DNA of 64,000 bases, from contig JASMDC010000017.1 in the NCBI GenBank assembly GCA_030753015.1, positions 8,662 to 72,661 of the forward strand. The letters run 5' to 3'. Positions within the stretch are counted from its first letter, which is position 1. Every line of letters begins with the position of its first letter. Positions 1-9,049 of this stretch are shown piece by piece. The notes beneath the pieces are model-generated. The model was not told the origin of the DNA. It ran no database searches and was given only the letters and a program-made list of their open reading frames with translations. Source of the stretch: Candidatus Undinarchaeales archaeon. Lineage in GTDB: Archaea > SpSt-1190 > JASMDC01. The position numbers and the translations under genes were made by a program.

Positions 1-418
1 CTTGGAGGAGGACGTTATCGTTCCGCGCCGCGCCCCTACCCGTCGGATTAAAGGAACAGGTCACGACCAGCTGGTCATCGATGATGCAGAACTTGTTGTG
101 CATCAGTGCGCGCTCAGCATGTCCCCATCGGACCGGGATCCCCGCCGGTCCGTCTCTCCCATGTACGACCACACGCGCGCTGGTTCGTCTGAGGGCGGCG
201 ACCACGGCTGGATGATCTACATCATAGAAAGCACAGCTCACCGAGCGATGTGCTGAGAGGATCGCAGCGGCCAGGATATCCCCACAAGGCTCGCGCGGAC
301 AGAAGTGCACTGTTGGTGTAGGGGCAGCCTCATATGGGATGCTGGGTTCCTGCCAATAAGCGGCCACAGCGACGCACACCACAAGGATGATAATCGGTAG
401 AAGAGGCCTTAGTCCCAT
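1..418 (-). CDS. Phospholipase D (PLD/HKD superfamily) protein, membrane-anchored; runs off the window start
   Basis: Not in ORF track (no stop in window). Manual translation from ATG 418: MGLRPLLPIIILVVCVAVAAYW...VHFCPREPCGDILAAAILSAHRSVSCAFYDVD...ALMHNKFCIIDDQLVVTCSFNPT; HxKxxxxD motif (HNKFCIID) plus N-terminal TM. Confidence 0.85.
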   Translation of the reverse strand, partial: MGLRPLLPIIILVVCVAVAAYWQEPSIPYEAAPTPTVHFCPREPCGDILAAAILSAHRSVSCAFYDVDHPAVVAALRRTSARVVVHGRDGPAGIPVRWGHAERALMHNKFCIIDDQLVVTCSFNPTGRGAARNDNVLLQ

Positions 419-443
419 GAAAAGAAAGGCGGTCTGACAAACC

Positions 444-451
444 TTTTTAAA
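444..451. promoter_or_regulatory. TATA box, possibly shared by divergent genes (starts at 418 minus, 474 plus)
   Basis: TTTTTAAA in a 55-nt divergent gap, 22-25 nt from both start codons. Confidence 0.55.
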
Positions 452-473
452 CCTGCGACGGGAACGTTCCACT

Positions 474-2000
474 ATGTCGGAATCCCTGGCGTCCTATGTG
501 GCACAGCTGATGCGCCAGGGATACACGAACGACCAGGTGATAGAGACCCTGCGGGAGCAGGGATGGGATAAGAAGGCTATCACTGAGGCCCTTGAGCAGG
601 CAGCAGTGCTCGCAGATCAGCCGGATCCGCGGCTCGCATCCTTTCCCAAGCCCTTGATCCCGCCGGTGGTAGTAGCCGGAGCCCTGGGTCTCGTTGTCGT
701 GCTCGTGTTCGTATCCATGTTCATGGGCGGATCGGAGCCAGTACCGGTGGAACCGACACCCACACCGCGCCCTACTCCCGAACCTACCCCCGAAACAACG
801 GTGGTACCCACACCCACGCCGAAACCGGAACCGAAAGGCTTGGGTGTCGACCTGATCGGAGTGACCGTACGCTCCAAGGACGAGACACAGTTCGTCCACC
901 GGGACTTTACCGTTGACGCGATCAAGCTCGTGTACGATGTCCTCTCCGCACCTGGCGCCCAGGAGCGCTACGAGTCTATCCAGAAATTCGTGGGCTATTG
1001 TCAGAACAGGACCTTCCCTAATCCCGAGCTCGACCGTGAGCTCGAGGAAATGGATAAGGACATGGAGAACTACAAGTTCTACTTAGAGACGAACAACATC
1101 CCCAAGGCCACCGAGGTGCTGGAAAGCGATATCTTCGGAAGGTTCAGCGCTAAGAGTGTCGAGGGACCGCTGCCCGTCACCGTCTCGCTGAGCTACGGGA
1201 CCGGCCTTGTCCTCAACCTCACCTCCACGACCAATCTCATAGGCGTTAACACGCTCTGGGAGACGTCCCATCTGATCCAATCGAACATCCCTGACGACGT
1301 GTGGACCGGAGTATGGGACGAGGCGTGGAAGAACACGTTCCCCGCGGACGCCGACCGCTCGTCCTTCACTGTGGACATCCTCTACCTTGACCCGACCTCG
1401 CTCGAAGTGACCAGGCCGCGGGCGGCGGACTTCCGGTACTACGGGAAGAGCGGTCTGCGACCGCTCCAGGGGAACGGCTACACGATCCCAAGCTTCGAGG
1501 CCGTGCTCGTCTACCTGATCGGCGGCGAGGTGTGCACCCAGACCGAGCGAACATGGTCCGGCGCGAAGGTCGGACAGTGGTCGTGCTCCGAGAGGGTGAA
1601 GGAGGGCGAGTTCTTCGTCAAGAAGAACGTGACCTTCGCGTTCCTTGATCTATCTCCCGTGCAGGGGGACCTCACGGCGGTCTACCGTACCGAGCTCAAG
1701 GCGAGCATCGGCGGCAATCCCATCGACTTCACGTTCCTATTCCTTGAGGGGAAGGAGCCCTTCTCCGAATCATCGGTCACCGACCTCCTTGAGAAGCTCA
1801 AGCTCAAGATCTACGGTGAGCCGAAGACGGAAGGGACGGCAAAATGTCCCATCCATGTTGTTGACACCTTCACGGACGCACCGGTCAGGTACGTGGCCGC
1901 CGTTGCCGTCGGAGAGTACATGATGGTGATGTACGCCGACGACAAGCCCAATCCCGCCTACTTCCGCAGCATAGCCGACGCGCTGTGCGCCAAGGTCTAG
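474..2000 (+). CDS. Single-pass membrane protein: N-terminal small helical domain, TM, PT-rich linker, large extracellular domain
   Basis: 508-aa ORF; N-term YVAQLMRQGYTNDQVIETLREQGW; TM VVVAGALGLVVVLVFVSMFM; PTPTPRPTPEPTP linker. Confidence 0.8.
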   Translation: MSESLASYVAQLMRQGYTNDQVIETLREQGWDKKAITEALEQAAVLADQPDPRLASFPKPLIPPVVVAGALGLVVVLVFVSMFMGGSEPVPVEPTPTPRPTPEPTPETTVVPTPTPKPEPKGLGVDLIGVTVRSKDETQFVHRDFTVDAIKLVYDVLSAPGAQERYESIQKFVGYCQNRTFPNPELDRELEEMDKDMENYKFYLETNNIPKATEVLESDIFGRFSAKSVEGPLPVTVSLSYGTGLVLNLTSTTNLIGVNTLWETSHLIQSNIPDDVWTGVWDEAWKNTFPADADRSSFTVDILYLDPTSLEVTRPRAADFRYYGKSGLRPLQGNGYTIPSFEAVLVYLIGGEVCTQTERTWSGAKVGQWSCSERVKEGEFFVKKNVTFAFLDLSPVQGDLTAVYRTELKASIGGNPIDFTFLFLEGKEPFSESSVTDLLEKLKLKIYGEPKTEGTAKCPIHVVDTFTDAPVRYVAAVAVGEYMMVMYADDKPNPAYFRSIADALCAKV

Positions 2001-2797
2001 ACCGGTACCTGAGGGGACTCGACCATTCGGTCGATGCCCATGTGCACAAGCTCATCCTCGCTGGGGAGGGCGTCGTTCTTGGCGAACACAGCACATCCCT
2101 TGAGATAGAGGGGCACACCCATGGTAGGATGGTCGAGACGGAAGAGCGAATCCTTGCAAGCCTGGGTGCAGGGGAACACGCCCCACTCGGGCCGTCCGGG
2201 GCGGGTAGAGGCGAGCCCTACCAGGCAGTACCTGCTGATGGTGACGAACACGTACGGGTGATGGAATGAGCCATGAAAGGGATTCTTTCCCTCACCCAGG
2301 CGAAGGGAGACGCCTTGGAAGGGATTCTCCACCTCAACCCGGCGGACGCCACGCGAAGCTAGCAGGCTGCGCACCACGGGGACGTCCATGTTGGTCGTGC
2401 GGAACCGCTCCCAGGCTTCGGTCGTTAGGGCCTCCTTTGCTAGCATGAGGCGCGGACCACGCTTCTGCTTATGGATGATGCCGCCTACCACGGGCTCGAG
2501 CCGGCCCTCCTCGGCGACAACGTCGATCACACCCCAGTCGTTGGCGACGATCTCGGTACCGTCGGGGAGTTCGGCAAGGAGGGGCTTCAGCCGTGCAATG
2601 CCATCCTGTGTGACGGGCGGTGTGACGAAGGTGACGGCCACACCCGCGTCATCAGCTCTCTTAAGGGCGCCTGTGAGCTCGGTGCGTGTGGGCATGAGGC
2701 GCTGGCAATAGCCGTTTCCCAGGTAGAGCCGGTCGTGCCCGGTCCAGTCGATTGTGTCCAACAACGCCACACGGGCGACGATGATCGCACGCTCCAT
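1997..2797 (-). CDS. U32-family (UbiV-like) partner protein
   Basis: Start reassigned to ATG 2797 (MERAIIV), ATGA overlap with upstream U32 gene, GGAGGTG RBS; RLYLGNGYC, EIVANDWG, SRYC, PCTQAC motifs. Confidence 0.7.
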   Translation of the reverse strand: MERAIIVARVALLDTIDWTGHDRLYLGNGYCQRLMPTRTELTGALKRADDAGVAVTFVTPPVTQDGIARLKPLLAELPDGTEIVANDWGVIDVVAEEGRLEPVVGGIIHKQKRGPRLMLAKEALTTEAWERFRTTNMDVPVVRSLLASRGVRRVEVENPFQGVSLRLGEGKNPFHGSFHHPYVFVTISRYCLVGLASTRPGRPEWGVFPCTQACKDSLFRLDHPTMGVPLYLKGCAVFAKNDALPSEDELVHMGIDRMVESPQVPV

Positions 2798-3894
2798 CAC
2801 CTCACCACCTCGGGCCAATAGCACTCGGCGGCCGAGCAGTTCCAGCCATAGAGCTCCATGTACAGGGCCCTGCATCGTTCCATGTATGCAGTACTGTCCT
2901 CCGATCCCTCGAGCTCCTCCAGCGCACGGCGCACGAGGATGACGTCGTCCACCTTCTTGCTCGTGGGATGGATCCTGCCCTGGATCTTCAAGACGCTGAT
3001 GCCCGCGTCGCGCATAGCGCCCAGGCCGCAGATACCGCATCCGCTACCGCCCCAGTTGGGCGACCATTGCAGGCCGAACCGTTCCTGAACGGCTGTGGCG
3101 AGCTCATCGCTCCCCTCCAGGGGTTCGACATGGACCGCCGAGGAATTGAGGCAGAGATGGGTGGATGCTATACGCGCCACCGGTCCGGAGTACTGGACGG
3201 TCTTTGGGATGTGCCGCATGGCGCGAACGAGGTGCGCCCTGCTGCGGCCCAGACGGGGATTGAGGAGAGCCCACATCCCCTTTGCAGTGTCCTTGTGCCT
3301 GATCTCGGTAAGACCGTGGAAATAGGTGCACAGCCCCTCCACATAGGGGCAACGGGCGTTGAGCACGAATCCCTCAAGGGTGATGTCGGGGGCCGCTTGG
3401 GCTATGTCGGCGATCTCCTTGATGGAGAGGTGATGGGGGAGGATCACACGTGAGGCGCCTAGACGTTGGTAGAACCGGGCGGCCTGGGCGTTGAACACCG
3501 CGTTGATGGTGCTGACGTGGATATCGATGCCCACGTCGTTGTCGTGGAGGTGGGACATGAGGCCAAGATCGGCAACGATGAGGGCGTCAGCTTCCGCAGC
3601 GATGGCCTCCTCGACCTCCTCGACGAGATGTGTGAACTGTGCAGCGGAGTAGAAGTCCTGGTTAAATGCGACGTTCACGCGTATACCGAGGTCATGAGCG
3701 ATGGTCAGGGCCTTGCGCAGTTCGTCATAGGACTGCATGGACGAGCGGGTGTACATCTCGCGGCTGACGCCTCCCATGTGAGTGTAGCGCTTGCGCCACC
3801 GCTCGGAGAGCACGGCGCAGTACAGTTCTGTGGCTCCCGCACGGGCGAGGGGTTCCACCTCCTCGGCCCGGTTGATGGGAGCAAGGATGTCCAT
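2797..3894 (-). CDS. Peptidase U32 family Fe-S protein (UbiU/RlhA/TrhP-like)
   Basis: MDILAP...GATELYC, DALIVADLG, HVST...N, RVILPHHLS, RCPYVEGLC, GCGIC, LKIQGR are typical U32 motifs. Confidence 0.85.
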   Translation of the reverse strand: MDILAPINRAEEVEPLARAGATELYCAVLSERWRKRYTHMGGVSREMYTRSSMQSYDELRKALTIAHDLGIRVNVAFNQDFYSAAQFTHLVEEVEEAIAAEADALIVADLGLMSHLHDNDVGIDIHVSTINAVFNAQAARFYQRLGASRVILPHHLSIKEIADIAQAAPDITLEGFVLNARCPYVEGLCTYFHGLTEIRHKDTAKGMWALLNPRLGRSRAHLVRAMRHIPKTVQYSGPVARIASTHLCLNSSAVHVEPLEGSDELATAVQERFGLQWSPNWGGSGCGICGLGAMRDAGISVLKIQGRIHPTSKKVDDVILVRRALEELEGSEDSTAYMERCRALYMELYGWNCSAAECYWPEVVR

Positions 3895-3965
3895 CGCAAG
3901 CTTCCCCAACGGACAGGTATAAATGTGCTTCGACAGGGCTCCGCCGTGAGCACCCAATAAAAACG

Positions 3966-5780
3966 ATGAACGCGCATCCAATGCTTGTAATGGAGCCCGC
4001 GCTCTCGGTGGACGATCCTTTCGGTGTACTGGAACGACTGGAGTCCATGGCCTTCGAGCCCTCCGAGTGGCACGACCTCAACCTCGCTGCTCACGGGCTC
4101 TCCCTGACGGGACAGTTCGAGCGTGCAGCCATCGTCGAACGTGTCAAGCAGAAGATACGCATCCTCCCACACCAGATCGAGACGGCGCTGCGTGTGCTCA
4201 ATGACCTTGGTCATCGCGCATTATTGGCCGATGAGGTCGGGCTGGGCAAGACAGTGGAAGCGGGTATCGTGCTCAAGGAGTACCTCGTCCGTGGGCTTGT
4301 GGAACGCGTGCTCATCCTTACTCCCGCTCCTCTGGTCCGCCAGTGGCAGGGAGAGCTCGAAGAGAAGTTCGGTGAAGGGTTCATCACTCCTCTTGACGAG
4401 GGGTTCCGTGGGTTCGAGAAGGAGGACCGTCTCATCTGCTCAATGGACAGAGCCCGTCAGCCCAAGAACGCCCCCTTTGTCCAGGCCCGTCCCTGGGACC
4501 TACTCATCGTGGACGAGGCTCATCGTCTGCGCAACGTGGAGACCAAACTCCACCAGTTCGTGGCGGGGATCGACGCCCGTTACTTCCTAATGCTCACCGC
4601 GACACCCATCCAGAACAACCTCTTCGAGCTGTTCAACCTCATAGACCTCCTCAAACCGGGTCATCTGGGTACGCGGAACCAGTTCGCGGTCTATTTCGTG
4701 GGGGACCGTAAGGCACAGACGCTCGAGAACGAGGGGGAGCTGCGAGAGCTGCTGGGCCAGGTCATGGTGCGCAACCGCCGCGCCGAGGTCGGACTTCAGC
4801 TCCCCGACCGACACGTCCACGACATCATGCTTGATCCTTCTCCCCAGGAGGCCGAGCTGTACCGTCGGGTCATCGGATACATAGCGGACATGTACGACGA
4901 GGTGGACGAGGGCGCGGAGTTCGACGCTGAAGAGGCCCGTCGGACCACCCGTGGTATCGACCTGCTGCGGCTCATGACGCTCGAGCGTGAGCTCGTGTCG
5001 TCCAGCCAAGCCCTGGCCGCCACTCTGCGCAAGATAATCCCGCGCGAGCCCGATCCCGAGAAACGCGTGCTCTTGGACGAGCTGTACGAGCTGTGCCTGT
5101 CGGCCCGGGACAGCACCAAGGCTTGCCATCTCTTGGAGCTCGCTCGGCGCTTGGACACTCCCCTCATCGTGTTCACGCAGTTCATCTCCACCCAGGAGCA
5201 CCTGCGGGGACGTCTGGAGGCCGCAGGCTTGGCGCCCGTGGTGTTCAACGGCAGCATGTCACCATCCGACAAGGAGTCCGCTATCCAGCGTTTCAAGGAG
5301 CGGGGCGGTGTGCTCCTGTGCACTGACTCGGGGAGCGAGGGCCGGAACCTCCAGTTCGCCAACGTGCTGGTGAACTACGATCTTCCCTGGAATCCCATGC
5401 GTCTGGAGCAGCGTATCGGCCGGATCCACCGCATTGGCCAGGAACGGGACGTGCATGTGTTCAACCTCACGCTCGCGGGTACGATCGAGGACCACATCCT
5501 GACAACGCTCTATCGCAAGATCGACCTCGTCACCGCGGCCGTGGGCGACATGGACCTTATCCTTTCCAAGCTGCCCGATGGCGTGTCGTTCGAGCGCCGG
5601 TTGTTCGAGCTGTCGCTGCGCATCAAGGACAAGCGTTCCTTCGACGAGGGGATGAAGGGGCTCGCTGATGAGATGGCGGAGGCCAAGGAGCTGGCTGCAA
5701 AGGTGCACCAGTTGGATGCCCGGGTGCTCGAGCGCTTCGACCTATCGTCCCTGGAGGACGCGGGGGTGCGTATCAAGTGA
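3966..5780 (+). CDS. SNF2-family SF2 helicase/ATPase (YqhH/RapA-like)
   Basis: LPHQ, LADEVGLGKT, DEAH, LTATP, EGRNLQ, YDLPWNPMRLEQRIGRIHRIGQ; true start may be 3981 or 3990. Confidence 0.92.
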   Translation: MNAHPMLVMEPALSVDDPFGVLERLESMAFEPSEWHDLNLAAHGLSLTGQFERAAIVERVKQKIRILPHQIETALRVLNDLGHRALLADEVGLGKTVEAGIVLKEYLVRGLVERVLILTPAPLVRQWQGELEEKFGEGFITPLDEGFRGFEKEDRLICSMDRARQPKNAPFVQARPWDLLIVDEAHRLRNVETKLHQFVAGIDARYFLMLTATPIQNNLFELFNLIDLLKPGHLGTRNQFAVYFVGDRKAQTLENEGELRELLGQVMVRNRRAEVGLQLPDRHVHDIMLDPSPQEAELYRRVIGYIADMYDEVDEGAEFDAEEARRTTRGIDLLRLMTLERELVSSSQALAATLRKIIPREPDPEKRVLLDELYELCLSARDSTKACHLLELARRLDTPLIVFTQFISTQEHLRGRLEAAGLAPVVFNGSMSPSDKESAIQRFKERGGVLLCTDSGSEGRNLQFANVLVNYDLPWNPMRLEQRIGRIHRIGQERDVHVFNLTLAGTIEDHILTTLYRKIDLVTAAVGDMDLILSKLPDGVSFERRLFELSLRIKDKRSFDEGMKGLADEMAEAKELAAKVHQLDARVLERFDLSSLEDAGVRIK

Positions 5781-6859
5781 GCAACGACCTTGAGCGGTTC
5801 CTTGCGGCCTACAAGCGTGTGGCCGGACTATCTCCCAGGGAAGCAGAAACGGACGTGGGGGTGGCCGATGCCATCGCCGTGGCCAAGGGTAGAGGATTGG
5901 TGGCTGCAAAGCGGCTGGTCGAGCCTCCTGGTGTGAGTAAAGATCCTTTTAGCGGTGTACAGCTCACTCACTGCCGCACGGTCCATCGCTCGACCCGTAG
6001 AAGCAGCCGTAACTTCGCACTCTGCTTCTCTTTCCGGATAGGGGTCCGCACCGCCAGTCTTCGAGAAACGGTGTATCACGTGGCAGTGGACCTGGCCACA
6101 ATGGAGCCGCTGGACGGGTTCACGGGATTCGTCGAACTGCACTACGAGAACGTCGACTACCGTCCCCGTCTCTCACCCGAGCTCATCCAGCGTGCCTTCG
6201 CACGAGCGCAAGCGGAGCTCGGCCGCCGGATGGAGCCCATGCAGGAGGAAGAACTGGCGCGGTTAACGGTCCAGCACCGGACCGCGGCTACCAGGGTGAA
6301 GGCCTACTTCCATCAGCTCCAGAAGGAGGTGCTCGAGGCAGAGCGCCGTGTCCAGCAGCGCATCGATTCCACTCGTGCCATGATAGCTTCTGCCACAACG
6401 CTAGAACTGAAGGAGAAGCGTCAGAAACGGTTGGTCCAGCTCGAGGCCGAGCTGGAGAAGGTGCGGGACCAGAACGACTTCACACTCCTTGAATACCGGA
6501 AGCGCATGGAGGGCGAGCTCACGAAGGAGGAGGACCGATGCGGTCTGGAGACCGACGTGACCATGACCTCTGCTGTGGTTCTGGAGTACGACACGTCGGT
6601 AGAGACCTATCTTCTAGTGGGCCGACACGCACATGCCGAGCTGGAGCGAGCACACTCGCCCTTCGCACGGCCCGAGCCGCCACGGTGCGCCTGCTGTGGC
6701 CAAGAGGCGGAAACGCTGGCCCTCGATGCAGCCGGCAACCTGGTGTGTCCCTCCTGTGCCCGGGTCTGTACATTATGCGGTTCCGTGCGTAGCGAACGGT
6801 GCCCCCCTGGCCGTCCCTCGAAGCTCCTTGCCCAGCCCTGTCCCCAGTGCGGGCTGTGA
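5777..6859 (+). CDS. Helicase-associated coiled-coil protein with C-terminal Cys cluster (YqhG-like)
   Basis: GTGA overlap with helicase; long coiled coil; CACC, CPSC, CTLC, CPQC. Confidence 0.7.
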   Translation: MSNDLERFLAAYKRVAGLSPREAETDVGVADAIAVAKGRGLVAAKRLVEPPGVSKDPFSGVQLTHCRTVHRSTRRSSRNFALCFSFRIGVRTASLRETVYHVAVDLATMEPLDGFTGFVELHYENVDYRPRLSPELIQRAFARAQAELGRRMEPMQEEELARLTVQHRTAATRVKAYFHQLQKEVLEAERRVQQRIDSTRAMIASATTLELKEKRQKRLVQLEAELEKVRDQNDFTLLEYRKRMEGELTKEEDRCGLETDVTMTSAVVLEYDTSVETYLLVGRHAHAELERAHSPFARPEPPRCACCGQEAETLALDAAGNLVCPSCARVCTLCGSVRSERCPPGRPSKLLAQPCPQCGL

Positions 6860-6922
6860 GGGGACCCGGCCAATCCCCTGGGTGGCGGTTTTAAATATCA
6901 ACGGCCGTACCCTTGGCCGTCC

Positions 6923-7594
6923 ATGGCCGAGCTGCGCGTCACGTGCATCGTTCCTACCCGGAACGAAGAGCGGACCATCGGTGAGCTTTTGGAGCGCATC
7001 CGCCCGCACTGCGACGAGATCGTCGTCGTCGACTCGAGCACAGACAGCACCCCCGAACGTGCGGCCAAGCATGCTCGCGTCGTACGGGAGGATCGACCAG
7101 GGAAGGGGATCGCGCTCCGCACGGGGGCGCGGGAGGCCACGGGCGACATCCTCGTGTTCATCGACGCCGATGGCTCCCACATCCCCGAGGACATCCCCGA
7201 GCTGGTCCTGCCCATCAAGGAAGGCCGTGCCGACATGGTCCTCGCCTCACGCTCGCTCGGCGGGAGCGAGGAGCTATCAGGCACTCTCAACCAGTGGTTC
7301 AGAGCAACGGCCAGCGGTGTCATCACCCTCATAATCAATTACCGCTTCGGCTCGTGGATCACCGACAGCCAGAACGGCTTCCGCGCAATCAAACGGGATG
7401 TCTTCCTCAAGCTTGGGACCACCGCCCGCATCTTCGACATCGAGACGGAGATGCTCATGAAGGCCCTGAAGCAGGACTACACCGTGGACGAGGTGCCCAG
7501 TCGCGAGAAGAGACGACGGTACGGGAGTTCAGGCATCAACCTCTGGTGGATGTGGTACCGGTACACGTGGACCACCCTCCGTAACCTCGTGTAG
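6923..7594 (+). CDS. GT2 glycosyltransferase (polyprenyl-phosphate sugar synthase-like)
   Basis: IVPTRNEE, VVDSSTD, GKGIAL, DADGSH, DSQNGFRA; TTTTAAATA upstream. Confidence 0.9.
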   Translation: MAELRVTCIVPTRNEERTIGELLERIRPHCDEIVVVDSSTDSTPERAAKHARVVREDRPGKGIALRTGAREATGDILVFIDADGSHIPEDIPELVLPIKEGRADMVLASRSLGGSEELSGTLNQWFRATASGVITLIINYRFGSWITDSQNGFRAIKRDVFLKLGTTARIFDIETEMLMKALKQDYTVDEVPSREKRRRYGSSGINLWWMWYRYTWTTLRNLV

Positions 7595-7751
7595 ACGTGT
7601 CCCGTGTGCTATGCTGTGCCAAGGCAGATTAATAACCCTTAATAACTTATATTCGGCCGAATTAGGCCAAAAAACGCGATTTCCTTCCGATTTAGAGAAA
7701 TGTTTATATACGGCTTGTGTTGCGCAGGTTATACTAGTAGAAGAGGTGAAG

Positions 7752-8189
7752 ATGATGTTCATGACTGAGGCCATGTACGACGTTGCGGCTGTGGACCTTG
7801 CCGGTCACAACTCAGCGTACGATGGCCGTCTCGTTATTCAGGGCTATGACAGCACGGGCAACGACTTCGACTCGGGCCGCTACACGGTCGATTTCGACCT
7901 TTGTGAGCGCACCGATGGCGAGTTCGACCTGATCGTCCATGGTATAGCTCAGGTGAAGAAGGAATTCGCTCATCCCAGCTCGCCCGCCTACGGCGGCGCC
8001 TGGCTCAAGTACGCCGATCACGACGATGTCCATGTCACCGAGGACACCCAGGAAACCGTCATTGACATTCGATCGGACCGCACCTACACGATCCACCTCA
8101 TCGATGAGCCATCGGGCACAACCCAGGACTACCTCCTCACGAAGGAGGCCGGTGAACTGATCATCGAGCCCGTGCTCGGCGACCTCTAG
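7752..8189 (+). CDS. Hypothetical acidic beta-rich protein
   Basis: GAGGTG RBS before ATG 7752; TTTATATA near 7703; T-rich tract after stop. Confidence 0.65.
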   Translation: MMFMTEAMYDVAAVDLAGHNSAYDGRLVIQGYDSTGNDFDSGRYTVDFDLCERTDGEFDLIVHGIAQVKKEFAHPSSPAYGGAWLKYADHDDVHVTEDTQETVIDIRSDRTYTIHLIDEPSGTTQDYLLTKEAGELIIEPVLGDL

Positions 8190-8284
8190 GGAGCCAGCGA
8201 TTTCACAGCGTACCTTTCTTTCTTTCCAGGCCCGAGTGCCCAGTCCTCGCTGACCTTAGAAACAGTGCTGCCGTGGCCGCGGGC

Positions 8285-8998
8285 TCATCCGACGGTCACT
8301 GTCAGCTCACTTTGCATGAGGTGACGGTAGTTACCGCCAGCGTCCGACGTGCACTGGGCCGGCTCGCAGAATGCGCAATCACCACTGGTGAAAAGGCACA
8401 AATCGACGGCGAACGTCCTAGTCCCCGCAGTGGTGTTGGCCGGGAGCGTGAGCATCAATTTGGCGAACCCGGACTTGTGGCCTTCCACCGCGATAGTGGG
8501 CTTACCCGAGAACCAGTCCTCTCCCGCGAAGGTCTCATCCTCCTTCGGATGCAGATTGACGCAGAAGCATCGCTGGTCCAGGTCGTCGTTCTTGACCGCC
8601 ACGTAAAGGGAGCGTGGAGTTGCATTGGAGGCGACTTCCATATTGGTGGCCTCTAATACTATCAGCTCGTTCGACTTCCGCAGTTCATCCTCAAGGCGTT
8701 CCCGACGCTCGGCATCTGCACGGGCCTCGGGATCGAGGTTATCATCGGTCTCGAACTGAGCACCTGTGATCCACTTCATGAACGGCGGGATGAGCACCGT
8801 GACCATGATGAGGACGATTATGGCGATGAGCGTCTTGATGATGCGTGGCGGCATCTCGGTATCATCGCCTGAGAGAGCCTGTGCCACCTCGGCGGAGCCG
8901 ACACCCTTCTTGATCAGCGCCTTGCGTATCTCGGCTTTGGAATGTCCACGCTCCTCGAGCGTACGGATCCAGTCACGGAGCTCTTCCTGGGACGGCAT
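8285..8998 (-). CDS. Single-pass membrane protein: N-terminal helical domain plus Cys-containing Ig-like domain
   Basis: WIRTLEERGHSKAEIRKALIKKG; TM; CFCVN...LTLPANTTAG...LCLFTSGDCAFCEPAQC, paralogous to an internal domain of the upstream gene. Confidence 0.8.
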   Translation of the reverse strand: MPSQEELRDWIRTLEERGHSKAEIRKALIKKGVGSAEVAQALSGDDTEMPPRIIKTLIAIIVLIMVTVLIPPFMKWITGAQFETDDNLDPEARADAERRERLEDELRKSNELIVLEATNMEVASNATPRSLYVAVKNDDLDQRCFCVNLHPKEDETFAGEDWFSGKPTIAVEGHKSGFAKLMLTLPANTTAGTRTFAVDLCLFTSGDCAFCEPAQCTSDAGGNYRHLMQSELTVTVG

Positions 8999-9049
8999 CT
9001 ACCAGTTGATAAAGCCCTTAAGATTAAAAAACCGGCGTTCGGGGCACGT

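Noticed and set aside
2-256. 84-aa plus-strand ORF
   Set aside because: Antisense to the PLD gene carrying the HKD motif
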